In this document: one piece after another, positions 8,805 through 17,455 of the stretch | Layout: each line of letters starts with the position of its first letter | How positions within the stretch are numbered: the stretch's first letter is position 1 | Assembly: GCA_016839815.1 (NCBI GenBank) | Contig: JAEOTM010000177.1 | Coordinates: forward strand, 1-22,012 | DNA: 22,012 nt | From: Candidatus Hodarchaeota archaeon | Lineage (GTDB): Archaea; Asgardarchaeota; Heimdallarchaeia; Hodarchaeales; Hodarchaeaceae | Reading direction: 5' to 3' | Notes under the pieces: model-generated | Told to the model about the DNA's origin: nothing | The model's input: only the letters and a program-made list of their open reading frames with translations | Databases searched by the model: none | Translations under genes and position numbers: made by a program

Positions 8805-9209
8805 TTAATCTTCTTGGTAAGGCCATTTCCAAGCATACCAGATAATCAGTAAAAGGAGTATTGATTCTACACTAGAAGCAAATACAAAAAATATATTCGG
8901 ATCTACTATTCCTCCAAGTACAAAAACAAGTTGAATTAAACCAACAACAATGTTAACCCATCGATTTACTTTTGCTTCTAATGTTAAGGATAGAAAAACC
9001 ATTAGACTTGGTAAAGTCATCAAAATCATAAATCCTAACAAAAGGATTTGACTTATCTCAAAGCCTGCTAAATTTCCTTCAATTACTTCTTCAATATGTC
9101 CTGGTATATAGAATCCAAAAAGATCGGCATATAGATATATTAATACTAGAGAAACCCATAATCCTGCCAGCTTTAGTTTCACATTTACTGTGAAGTCTTC
9201 CAAAGTCAT
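8805..9209 (-). CDS. Small 4-TM membrane protein, DUF6326-like
   Basis: KLAGLWVS..YLYAD..P..MVFLSLTL..NRWVNI..IIWYAWKWP pattern recognised as DUF6326-like. Confidence 0.8.
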   Translation of the reverse strand: MTLEDFTVNVKLKLAGLWVSLVLIYLYADLFGFYIPGHIEEVIEGNLAGFEISQILLLGFMILMTLPSLMVFLSLTLEAKVNRWVNIVVGLIQLVFVLGGIVDPNIFFVFASSVESILLLLIIWYAWKWPYQED

Positions 9210-9220
9210 TTCTATACCCT

Positions 9221-10228
9221 CTACTCTTCGATACTTATGACCACACGACCTTTGGAACGTCCTGATTCATAATGCTCATGGGCTTCCACTGCTTTACTTA
9301 ATGGATATACAGTATCAATAACTGGTTTTACCTTCCCTGCTTCAATCCATTCGCAAATTAAGTTCATAGAAGCTGCGCTTTCATCTGCTGTCCCAATTCT
9401 GAATCTTTTATTTTTGGTTATCACATGGTAAATGCTTCTTGGACTACTTATAGGATTATTTGCAAAGAAGAGCCCGTCGGGGGTTAAGATATTCTTACAT
9501 TTTGAAAGAGTTTGAGCTGAAACAATATCTAGGATAATATCATACTTTGTATCACCTTTTGTATAATCTTCCTTAGTATAGTCTATTACGAAGTCTGCTC
9601 CGATACTCCTAACCAAATCAACGTTGGAAGGCCCACATACACCCGTTACCTCAGCTTCATACACATTTTTGGCCATTTGTACTGCAAAGGTCCCGATTCC
9701 TCCCGAGGCACCTATAATGAGAACCTTATCTCCTTTTTTAGGTGTTACTAGATCTTTCAAAGCCCTTAGCGCTGGAGTAGAACCTCCAGGTACAGCTGCA
9801 GCCTCAGTGAAGGTTAAATTTTCAGGTTTTTTAGCTAGAAACTCTGCTGGAATAGCCATATATTCAGCACTTGCGCCACCATTCTCTGAATATCCATAAA
9901 CATGATCTCCTATATTCCAATCTGTAACATCTTTACCTACAGCAACAATTTTGCCACAAAATCCTCCACCAACAATTTTTTGTTTAGGTTTTCTTAATCC
10001 TCCAAATGAGAGGCGTAAAAAGAAACCTACTACTCGTTTAACTCCAAAAAAGGCTACTTTCGGTGCTTTTCCCCCCCTGTGAAGCGTATCAACAGTGTTA
10101 ACTGATGTACCATAGTTACGGATCAATACTTCGTCGTTGTTACATACAGGTTTTTCGATTTCTACAAGTTTAAGAACCTTAGGAGGTCCAAATTTTGTGC
10201 AAATTACTGCTTTCATCTTGTCTTTCAT
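9221..10228 (-). CDS. NAD(P)-dependent MDR-family oxidoreductase (zinc-independent, QOR/RTN4IP1-like)
   Basis: MKAV..KFGPP, GASGGIG nucleotide-binding motif, GAD.VIDY, VID..YPL..AH..ESGRSKGRVVI. No GHE or Cys zinc ligands. Confidence 0.92.
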   Translation of the reverse strand: MKDKMKAVICTKFGPPKVLKLVEIEKPVCNNDEVLIRNYGTSVNTVDTLHRGGKAPKVAFFGVKRVVGFFLRLSFGGLRKPKQKIVGGGFCGKIVAVGKDVTDWNIGDHVYGYSENGGASAEYMAIPAEFLAKKPENLTFTEAAAVPGGSTPALRALKDLVTPKKGDKVLIIGASGGIGTFAVQMAKNVYEAEVTGVCGPSNVDLVRSIGADFVIDYTKEDYTKGDTKYDIILDIVSAQTLSKCKNILTPDGLFFANNPISSPRSIYHVITKNKRFRIGTADESAASMNLICEWIEAGKVKPVIDTVYPLSKAVEAHEHYESGRSKGRVVISIEE

Positions 10229-10253
10229 TTAATTCACCAATTACATATTTTTC

Positions 10254-10619
10254 TTAAATCACCCAATTCCATGCAGTATAAACTGCTACTAGATTAAATC
10301 CCATTGAAACCAATAGTGTAAATTTCTCATAGATAGGATACCCCCGAATTGATAAAAGATTAAATCCAATAAAAATTGATGGTACGATAATATTTGCCCA
10401 GCGACTCACAAAATCATCTAATACAAGGGTCAGAACAATCATAATAATTGGAATCATCATGATTCCTGCCATCACCAACACCATTATCCCAGTTAATGGC
10501 TTTCCATCAATTTCTCCTAATTTGAAGTCCCCAGCTAGTACGGAAAACATATCTCCATATAAATAGCAGAGTACTACAGCCACCCAAATGAAAGAAAGTA
10601 TTATTTTGATATCATTCAT
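10254..10619 (-). CDS. Small 4-TM membrane protein, DUF6326-like
   Basis: IWVA..YLYGD..IPIIMIVLTL..RWANII..TAWNW, clearly paralogous to 8805..9209. Confidence 0.78.
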   Translation of the reverse strand: MNDIKIILSFIWVAVVLCYLYGDMFSVLAGDFKLGEIDGKPLTGIMVLVMAGIMMIPIIMIVLTLVLDDFVSRWANIIVPSIFIGFNLLSIRGYPIYEKFTLLVSMGFNLVAVYTAWNWVI

Positions 10620-10658
10620 ATTCGTTAATCTCCTTAATCATGTATCAGATTCTTTCAA

Positions 10659-11624
10659 TTAATCAGAATGGACAATTGATATAGATACATTACCTTTCTT
10701 TCTGCCAGAGTCAATATATCGATGAGCCTCAACAATCTCGCTCCATGAGAAGCGTTTGTCAATTACTGGTTTGAGTTTCTCCTGTTCAATCAGCTCTTTG
10801 AGGTCAGTCAGTAAAGAAGATGCATTCTTAGAATCAATTTTATCTGAAGATTTGTCCACATTAAGATAGACTCCAGTACTCTTAAGGGCTTTTTTATAAT
10901 TACCCTTATATTTATCTACAGCGTCAAATACAACGTCGTAGGTTTCTCCTTTTTCACTAAAATCCTCTTGAGTATAATCAATAACTTTATCGGCCCCTAA
11001 TGAGCTCACAAGTTCAAAATTTGACGAACTGCAAACACCTGTCACCTCAGCACCAAGAGCTTTTACCATTTGAACAGCAAAAGTACCTACGCTTCCAGAT
11101 GCACCATAAATTAACACTTTGTGACCCTTTTGAATATTTACCATTTTAATAATACCCCAAGCAGTAATTCCACCACCAGGGATAACCGCTGCGTCTTCAT
11201 AAGTCAAATTGGAAGGTTTAAAAGCTAATCCCTTTGCATCTTCAGTCATAGATTTATATTCGGCATATCCACCAAATCCAGTATAAAAAGTGGAGGCAAA
11301 TACTTGATCACCTACCTTAAACCTTGTTACATCATTTCCTACTTCAACAATTTCTCCAGCAAGATCTATCCCAAGAACAGAATTTTTTGCAATCCTAGAG
11401 GGTCCTTTTAAACCTAACATCAAGCGAGCAAGAATTTGAATAATGAAACCCCCAGGGATATCAAATCTCCGCATTCTTGAATCTCCAATATGTCCTGAGG
11501 TCGCATGGATCTTAATAAGGACTTCATTTCCTTTGGGAATTGGTTTTTCTATCTCTTTAAACTCGAGAACCTCGGGTGGGCCGTATTTTGTGCAAACTAC
11601 TACTTTCATTAATTCCTTCATCAT
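10659..11624 (-). CDS. NAD(P)-dependent MDR-family oxidoreductase (zinc-independent)
   Basis: KYGPPEVL, LGIDLAG, YAEY, GASGSVG, GADKVIDY, AHRYIDSGRKKGNV. Start placed at ATG 11624 (11621 and 11609 are alternatives) because the tracked GTG at 11669 overlaps the upstream gene. Confidence 0.92.
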   Translation of the reverse strand: MMKELMKVVVCTKYGPPEVLEFKEIEKPIPKGNEVLIKIHATSGHIGDSRMRRFDIPGGFIIQILARLMLGLKGPSRIAKNSVLGIDLAGEIVEVGNDVTRFKVGDQVFASTFYTGFGGYAEYKSMTEDAKGLAFKPSNLTYEDAAVIPGGGITAWGIIKMVNIQKGHKVLIYGASGSVGTFAVQMVKALGAEVTGVCSSSNFELVSSLGADKVIDYTQEDFSEKGETYDVVFDAVDKYKGNYKKALKSTGVYLNVDKSSDKIDSKNASSLLTDLKELIEQEKLKPVIDKRFSWSEIVEAHRYIDSGRKKGNVSISIVHSD

Positions 11625-11638
11625 TTTAATCATCACAT

Positions 11639-12295
11639 CTAAGAATTGAATCCTTTTACGATTAACCACACTGCAAATGCCATCTCTTGTACAGCGATTA
11701 TGACAAACAGAAAACCTAGATCAACACCAAATAGCTGAATTAGATACACCACGAACATCGAGGTGCCTCCAATAAGTCCCCATCCTGAAAGCCATTGGGG
11801 AACGAGTTGTGATTGAAATAAAATATAATTAAGTACCACAGCTGATAGCGAGAAGATGATTCCTGGGCCTACAATATATATCCATTCACGTGATACTAAA
11901 AGAAAGTCGCCAAAGATTTGGTAATATGCAGTTTCTGTACTCCCAGCGTCTACAAATTCTTGGCTCACATTCAATAATGCAAGGAGCATAGTAATACCAA
12001 TCATGGTGCTAACAGCCTCCATAAACCGAAGACCTAGGAAAGATAGAGCTCCTGCCTCATTATGTTTTCTTAAAATTGGGTACAGCATAACTGGAACACC
12101 AAAAACAGCAAGTCCCCAAATTAATTCGAGAAGCATTCCTATCATTACTTGAGCTTCATTTTCCGCCATTTTTGTAAGATAATCAGGGGATTTGTTAATC
12201 AAAAATCCTAAAGGAAGAACAGTTAGGATAGGTGCAGCTGATGCTGTAATAAATAATCCGCCCACAATTTTTGCAGTTTTCTCTTCTGGATCCAT
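11639..12295 (-). CDS. Multi-pass membrane protein, DUF4386-like
   Basis: TAKIVGGLFI..LYPILRKHNE..AL..R..EA..SQLVPQWLSGWGLIG..QEMAFAVWLIVKGFN pattern recognised as DUF4386-like. Confidence 0.82.
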   Translation of the reverse strand: MDPEEKTAKIVGGLFITASAAPILTVLPLGFLINKSPDYLTKMAENEAQVMIGMLLELIWGLAVFGVPVMLYPILRKHNEAGALSFLGLRFMEAVSTMIGITMLLALLNVSQEFVDAGSTETAYYQIFGDFLLVSREWIYIVGPGIIFSLSAVVLNYILFQSQLVPQWLSGWGLIGGTSMFVVYLIQLFGVDLGFLFVIIAVQEMAFAVWLIVKGFNS

Positions 12296-12356
12296 TTTCC
12301 TTTCACTTTGTTGTTTCTTTATTCAGTATTTGGTAAAGCTAATGTTCTAAAATGAG

Positions 12357-12437
12357 TTTATAAATCGTTGGAGGAAGAATCGTTGTATTTAGTATGTAGA
12401 TACTTCTCAGAATAGGTTTATGAATTATTATTCATAA
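12357..12437 (-). promoter_or_regulatory. Putative promoter/operator region of the DUF4386-MDR-DUF6326 operon
   Basis: TTTATAAA at 12357-12364, direct repeat AATCGTTG at 12363-12370 and 12378-12385, perfect inverted repeat TTATGAAT-n4-ATTCATAA at 12418-12437. Confidence 0.45.
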
Positions 12438-12467
12438 TCCCATCTTAACTAGTTCCACTCTTAAGTT

Positions 12468-12507
12468 AAAAAAATCAAGGGGATTCCTCAAATCAAAAGG
12501 AAGCCCC
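12468..12507 (-). terminator. Putative hairpin + U-tract terminator of the ABC operon
   Basis: Minus strand reads GGGG-C-TTCCT...AGGAA-T-CCCC (stem spanning the TGA stop), then TTGA and T7. Confidence 0.5.
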
Positions 12508-13491
12508 ACAAGATCTACAAATTTTGTTACTGATTGGATTTTCGACTCCACAAACTGGACAATCACGAACTTGTTTCTCTTCAGCAGAAACCTGTTCAGA
12601 TAGGTCAAGGGGTGTAAGTAAGATTTGATTTTTCTGAGGAACATCTATATTCCAAAGCGATCCAACACCTTCCATTTGTTCCAAAACATTAGCAGGTAAC
12701 GTTATCCGCTTATCTGCATCCATGATTACCATTCGAGAGGCATCAAGTTCAGATAAATCAATACCTTTCGCATGTTCTCCAAGCATTAATCCATCTCTGA
12801 GTTCAACACTTCGATCAGCATAACCTGCTACATGAGAGGAGTGGGTAGCAATCAAAAATGCCATTCCTGTGTCCATATTTAGTTGTTTAAACAATTCTAA
12901 TAATCTGACACTTGTTTTGAAGTCAACATTACCTGTGGGTTCATCTGCGATGATAAGTCGTGGATTATTAGCCATAGCTCGAGCTATAGCCACTCGTTGC
13001 TTTTCACCGCCTGACAAACGGTTCGCTAGTTGATTTTTGCGATGCAGAACACCCATTAGATCAAGGAGCTCAAGAGTTCTCTTTTTTCGATAAGAATAGG
13101 ATATTCCGTTCAGGGCCATACTTTGATTGACATTATCGAAGGCAGATAAGTCAGGAAGGAGATTACCCTCCTGAAAAACATAACCGATTTTTTCTCGTCG
13201 AAGTGAAGTGAGTTCCTCTTCTGGTGTTTTTGTTATATCAACACCTTCAAACACTAATGATCCTGCTGTAGGACGCATTAATCCACCAAGGATTTTTAGA
13301 AATGTTGATTTTCCAGACCCTGAGGGACCGACTATGGCAATGAAGTCTCCGTAATTTATCTCAAGACTCACACTCTTAAGGGCTACAACTGAAGCAAGTT
13401 CAGCTCTCCCTTTATAGATCATATAGAGACTTCTAGCTGTAAGTAATTGCTTATATTCTTTTTCTTTGTTTATTTCAGTTTGTACATTCAT
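12493..13491 (-). CDS. LolD/MacB-type ABC ATPase with C-terminal AbrB-like segment and zinc ribbon
   Basis: [45 protein letters not shown]-terminal VIMDADKRITLP and CPVC-x10-CRSC. Confidence 0.9.
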   Translation of the reverse strand: MNVQTEINKEKEYKQLLTARSLYMIYKGRAELASVVALKSVSLEINYGDFIAIVGPSGSGKSTFLKILGGLMRPTAGSLVFEGVDITKTPEEELTSLRREKIGYVFQEGNLLPDLSAFDNVNQSMALNGISYSYRKKRTLELLDLMGVLHRKNQLANRLSGGEKQRVAIARAMANNPRLIIADEPTGNVDFKTSVRLLELFKQLNMDTGMAFLIATHSSHVAGYADRSVELRDGLMLGEHAKGIDLSELDASRMVIMDADKRITLPANVLEQMEGVGSLWNIDVPQKNQILLTPLDLSEQVSAEEKQVRDCPVCGVENPISNKICRSCGASF

Positions 13492-13502
13492 TTTTTTCGC
13501 CT

Positions 13503-16499
13503 CTATAGTTCTCTAACGACAGTAGATATTTTTGCTCGAGATGCACCTCGTACCGAAAGGAAGGTCGCTAATGTCATTGCTACAAACGTCACAAATAACG
13601 TAAACCCTAAGCTCCACCAATCAAAGATTAGAAGACGAGGGAGTTGTGAACCGCCTCCAGCCATAGTCGACATAGGTGTGATAAAAATATCTATCAATTC
13701 AAAGAATGGATTGAAAAGCACTGATAAACCTAATCCAACTACTAGACCCCATAGAACAGACGTGAGGAGAAGAACAGCGGTTTCACTAAACACAATCTTA
13801 TAGATTTGCTGTTCTGATGCACCGTAACTTCGTAGTACTGCGAATTCCTTCTTCCGTTTCTCCATTAGAATACTCATAAAGATAAATGTGGCTAATGTAG
13901 CTGTAAGAAGGGAAATAATGAAATCAGCTGTTAAAAGCCCAGGGATCCCGAAATCCATTTGCTTGATTTCATATGATTTTTCGATTTCTCCTTTCAATGT
14001 CTTAATCGAAATAACATGTTCACTGGTTAGGAGATCATCTCGAATAGCAGAAACATCGGATTTTTTTTCTGATTGAACTAGATATTTTGAGGCATAAACA
14101 ACTTTGTTCCTCGTCGATGCTGGGAGAGAAACTCCGAGTAAATCAGCAAAATCTGTAATGTGTGTAAGATCATTAATTGCTTCATGATCCACAATAACAG
14201 CACTACTACCAATTCCTCCTGGTGCATGGTGAAAGATACCGTACACAGTGAAATTTTGACTAATGTATTCATATTCAAGAGACATGCCTGTCCAAGAGAA
14301 TAACAGAACTTCCAATTGAACAATATCTCCTACGTCAAGATTATACTGACTTTGAACGGATTCTCCAATTAAACAACCTTCAATAGCATTATCAGCTAAA
14401 TCAGACAGTAATTTATCTTTAGATGAACCACCGGGAACTGAATCAACTTGCCATTTCCCTATTTCACCGTAACTACTTGAATCCACACTATGAACGGAAA
14501 TAGGATCGTTTCGTAGAATACCTCCTGAGGTAGTGATAGCCATTACATTTTCTACTCCATCAGTAGCATTTATCTCATTAATAACTATCGTGGAAACATT
14601 GTAACCAGTATTGACTACCAGATCAGCTCCAATGTCGTAAACTATTAATCGTTCTTGATGAACTTGACCTGAGTGTCCCTGTACTGCTGCTAATACACTG
14701 AAAGAGACTGTTAACGCGATTATCAACGCTAATCGGGGAATATCTCCTGATTTACGAAAGATATTTCCTTTAATGAGAATTGACACATCCTTCAGAAAAC
14801 CTATACGTTTGATAATTGGATCCGTTCGTGAGGGGATCCAAATAGCAATTCGTGCTACAACCGCTGCACCCCCAATCCAAAAGAGTATGGGGCCTACGAT
14901 AGCAAGAATTGGACCTACTGGGCCTAGCGGAATGGATACTCCGAATTCTGAGAGTAAAGTTAACATTAATGAAACTGATCCCAAAATGAAGAAAATAATA
15001 TCGAGATTGTTTCGTTTCAAAAAGTTACCTTTATCTAATTCGTCTGTGCGTCTAACTGTCTCTGAAACTTCCATTTCAATAAATTTATTGGCTTTTCCAT
15101 TAACCATTACTATCAAAATGATGACAATTAACCCCCCAACAACTAATAATGCCGTTTGATCTAATACGATAAAATCAGGTAGTTTTGTTATCGCATCATT
15201 CCAATCCCATCGCATGAAACCTCTAGCGGTTCCAATTCCCCAGGCACCGAAGATAGCTACAATATACCCAGCAATTAGACCAAAGGCGGCCAGTAGAAGG
15301 GCTTCACTCAAGATTTTTCGCTTAATTTGCCGCGGTGATGCACCTTGAGTTTTCCAAATACCAACTTGATATCTTCGTTCATGCAGAGAAAGATCTATCC
15401 CAAAACTCAACAAATAAATTGAAAGTATAGCTACAGGGAGTGTTAGAATCCCGTCAAATAGAAAAATAAAGATACTTAATATTTGAAAGGGCATGAGCTT
15501 GCTTTGGACAAGGTTGGTTCCAATTAAATCGGGATCCTCCTCAAATTTATTGATTAGTTGGTTAATTTGTGAATTTACTCGGGTGGGGTCTGCAAGGGCA
15601 AATTTAGTTTCATCAATTTTCATGACACAATACTGCATGTGTTCAGAATTCAAGGTGGAAAAGAATGTGGTAAAATTCCCCTGATCAGTAAATAACTCTC
15701 TGGGGATGAACATTTCTCCTCCTCCTACACCAATTCCACCTATTTCAGAAAATAAACCAGCAGAAGCTTCATCATCTCTAGACATAATACCTGCAATGGT
15801 AACATTTTCAAGAGTAACTGTCCCTTTTATATCCCCTGCTGAAAAAGGGAAGTAAGGATCGTCAGGGTCGATGACAGCAATATCTAATTTTAACTCAGTA
15901 ATACGATTGCCTTGTTTTAGCTTTGCATCTTCAGCTAATGCCTCAGAAATTAAAATTCCATGGTAATTTGGGTCAAATGTCGAGTAAATACCTGGATACC
16001 TACCCGTTACGAGAGTATTACGCAATCCCCAACCTATTACATTATCATAAAAATTTTCATTAAATATTCGGCCTTCTGACCCTGAATACGTTTCGTTATT
16101 GTATTCTGCCCGTATTTCTGCTTTTAAAATAGCAGGAGTATAAAGATCACCAGTAGCGGATTCAATAGTACGACTGTTACCATAAAGAATTTGAGCGTCT
16201 GCTACTTTGGGATTTAAACTAAAATTCTCACGGTAAGCCTCAATTTGGGCATCAGATAATGGATCATCAAAATCCATTCGAATCTCATATGGAGCACCAT
16301 CAATAATGCTTAGATAGACATTATTCATCAATACAGTGGTATAAAGAAATATCCCAGCTAGTATTGAAATACCCAAGATTAATCCAGAGATCATGGAGAC
16401 TGATCGTCGTTTATTTCGTTGAATGGAACGTATAGATTGAATGAAATAAGCAATTCTATCACGAGGGTGAAATCTATCGGCTTTTGGGGGATCAGACAT
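13503..16499 (-). CDS. FtsX/MacB-like ABC permease with duplicated architecture (two extracytoplasmic domains)
   Basis: N-terminal TM followed by a large soluble domain. FtsX-type motifs occur twice (ERRYQVGIWKTQGAS..QI and KRKKEFAVLRSYGAS..QI). Translationally adjacent to two ATPases. Confidence 0.9.
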   Translation of the reverse strand: MSDPPKADRFHPRDRIAYFIQSIRSIQRNKRRSVSMISGLILGISILAGIFLYTTVLMNNVYLSIIDGAPYEIRMDFDDPLSDAQIEAYRENFSLNPKVADAQILYGNSRTIESATGDLYTPAILKAEIRAEYNNETYSGSEGRIFNENFYDNVIGWGLRNTLVTGRYPGIYSTFDPNYHGILISEALAEDAKLKQGNRITELKLDIAVIDPDDPYFPFSAGDIKGTVTLENVTIAGIMSRDDEASAGLFSEIGGIGVGGGEMFIPRELFTDQGNFTTFFSTLNSEHMQYCVMKIDETKFALADPTRVNSQINQLINKFEEDPDLIGTNLVQSKLMPFQILSIFIFLFDGILTLPVAILSIYLLSFGIDLSLHERRYQVGIWKTQGASPRQIKRKILSEALLLAAFGLIAGYIVAIFGAWGIGTARGFMRWDWNDAITKLPDFIVLDQTALLVVGGLIVIILIVMVNGKANKFIEMEVSETVRRTDELDKGNFLKRNNLDIIFFILGSVSLMLTLLSEFGVSIPLGPVGPILAIVGPILFWIGGAAVVARIAIWIPSRTDPIIKRIGFLKDVSILIKGNIFRKSGDIPRLALIIALTVSFSVLAAVQGHSGQVHQERLIVYDIGADLVVNTGYNVSTIVINEINATDGVENVMAITTSGGILRNDPISVHSVDSSSYGEIGKWQVDSVPGGSSKDKLLSDLADNAIEGCLIGESVQSQYNLDVGDIVQLEVLLFSWTGMSLEYEYISQNFTVYGIFHHAPGGIGSSAVIVDHEAINDLTHITDFADLLGVSLPASTRNKVVYASKYLVQSEKKSDVSAIRDDLLTSEHVISIKTLKGEIEKSYEIKQMDFGIPGLLTADFIISLLTATLATFIFMSILMEKRKKEFAVLRSYGASEQQIYKIVFSETAVLLLTSVLWGLVVGLGLSVLFNPFFELIDIFITPMSTMAGGGSQLPRLLIFDWWSLGFTLFVTFVAMTLATFLSVRGASRAKISTVVREL

Positions 16500-16501
16500 G
16501 A

Positions 16502-17188
16502 TTAGAGCTCCTCCAGTACATCTTCTTCGCGATGTAATAGTCCATCGCGAAGGATAAGGATTTTGTCTGTCTTCTTGGCAATTTGAATATCATGAGTAAC
16601 CATGATAATAGCAATGTCCTGTTCTTGAACAAGAGAACGGAATAATTCAATGATCGAATCCCCAGTTTTCGTGTCTAAATTGCCTGTAGGTTCATCTGCT
16701 AAAATTAACTTTGGATTGTTCGCTAATGCACGTGCTATCGCCACACGTTGTTGTTCTCCCCCAGAAAGATCATCAGGAATATGATTAATGCGGTGTCCCA
16801 ATTTCACTTTCTCTAAAAGTTGGTGTGCAATTTTTCTTGCTTCTTCTAATTCCATTCCGGCTAGTGTCATGGGAAACATAACATTCTCCAAAGCACTCAA
16901 ATACGCGAGATTGTTAAAATCTTGATAAATAATGGAGGTTTTATGTCTACGTATATCGACCACATCGATTTTAGTGGTATCTTCTCCTTCTAAAAGAACA
17001 TTACCACTTGTAGCTTCTTCTATGCTTGAAAGAATGTTTAATAACGTAGATTTTCCAGACCCACTTGGGCCCATTATGGCGACAAATTCGCCTCGTTCAA
17101 CAGATAAAGTAATTCCTTTGAGGACTTTAATATCCTCTCCAGGAATTTTAAAGGTTTTATGTAACTCTTTTACTTCAACAATTGCCAA
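16502..17188 (-). CDS. LolD/MacB-type ABC ATP-binding protein
   Basis: [45 protein letters not shown] start. Confidence 0.92.
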   Translation of the reverse strand: MAIVEVKELHKTFKIPGEDIKVLKGITLSVERGEFVAIMGPSGSGKSTLLNILSSIEEATSGNVLLEGEDTTKIDVVDIRRHKTSIIYQDFNNLAYLSALENVMFPMTLAGMELEEARKIAHQLLEKVKLGHRINHIPDDLSGGEQQRVAIARALANNPKLILADEPTGNLDTKTGDSIIELFRSLVQEQDIAIIMVTHDIQIAKKTDKILILRDGLLHREEDVLEEL

Positions 17189-17200
17189 TTTTTTTGCCTT

Positions 17201-17320
17201 CTATTCTATAATTGTCCTGATTTTTTGTATTACTACATTTCCCCTTTTATTTCCCTTATCAACGTCCCTATGAGCCTCTACTACTTACTCAAGAGGATAT
17301 CGTTTGTCAAATATATTTTT
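17201..17320 (-). pseudogene. Remnant of the C-terminus of an MDR oxidoreductase
   Basis: Manual translation gives [38 protein letters not shown], matching the C-termini of the neighbouring MDRs. In-frame TAA at 17285-17287. Confidence 0.85.
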
Positions 17321-17455
17321 AGATTTTTGACTCCAGAACTTTAGTTTTTAAATCTTAGTATTGACAGATACTGTCTGATTGAACAATCCATTCTTATTTA
17401 GTAACAATAGTTAGTTACTCTAGTCAAAATATAACTGCAATAGAGAGCCAGAGAG

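Noticed and set aside
8758-11638. Integron-like cassette array or attC-like repeats between MDR and DUF genes
   Set aside because: The intergenic gaps are 11-47 nt with no shared repeat or palindrome, and there is no integrase in the window.
11625-11669. Tracked N-terminal extension MVNRKRIQFLDVMIK of the MDR gene
   Set aside because: It overlaps the DUF4386 C-terminus, and paralogs begin close to the MK(A/V) motif.
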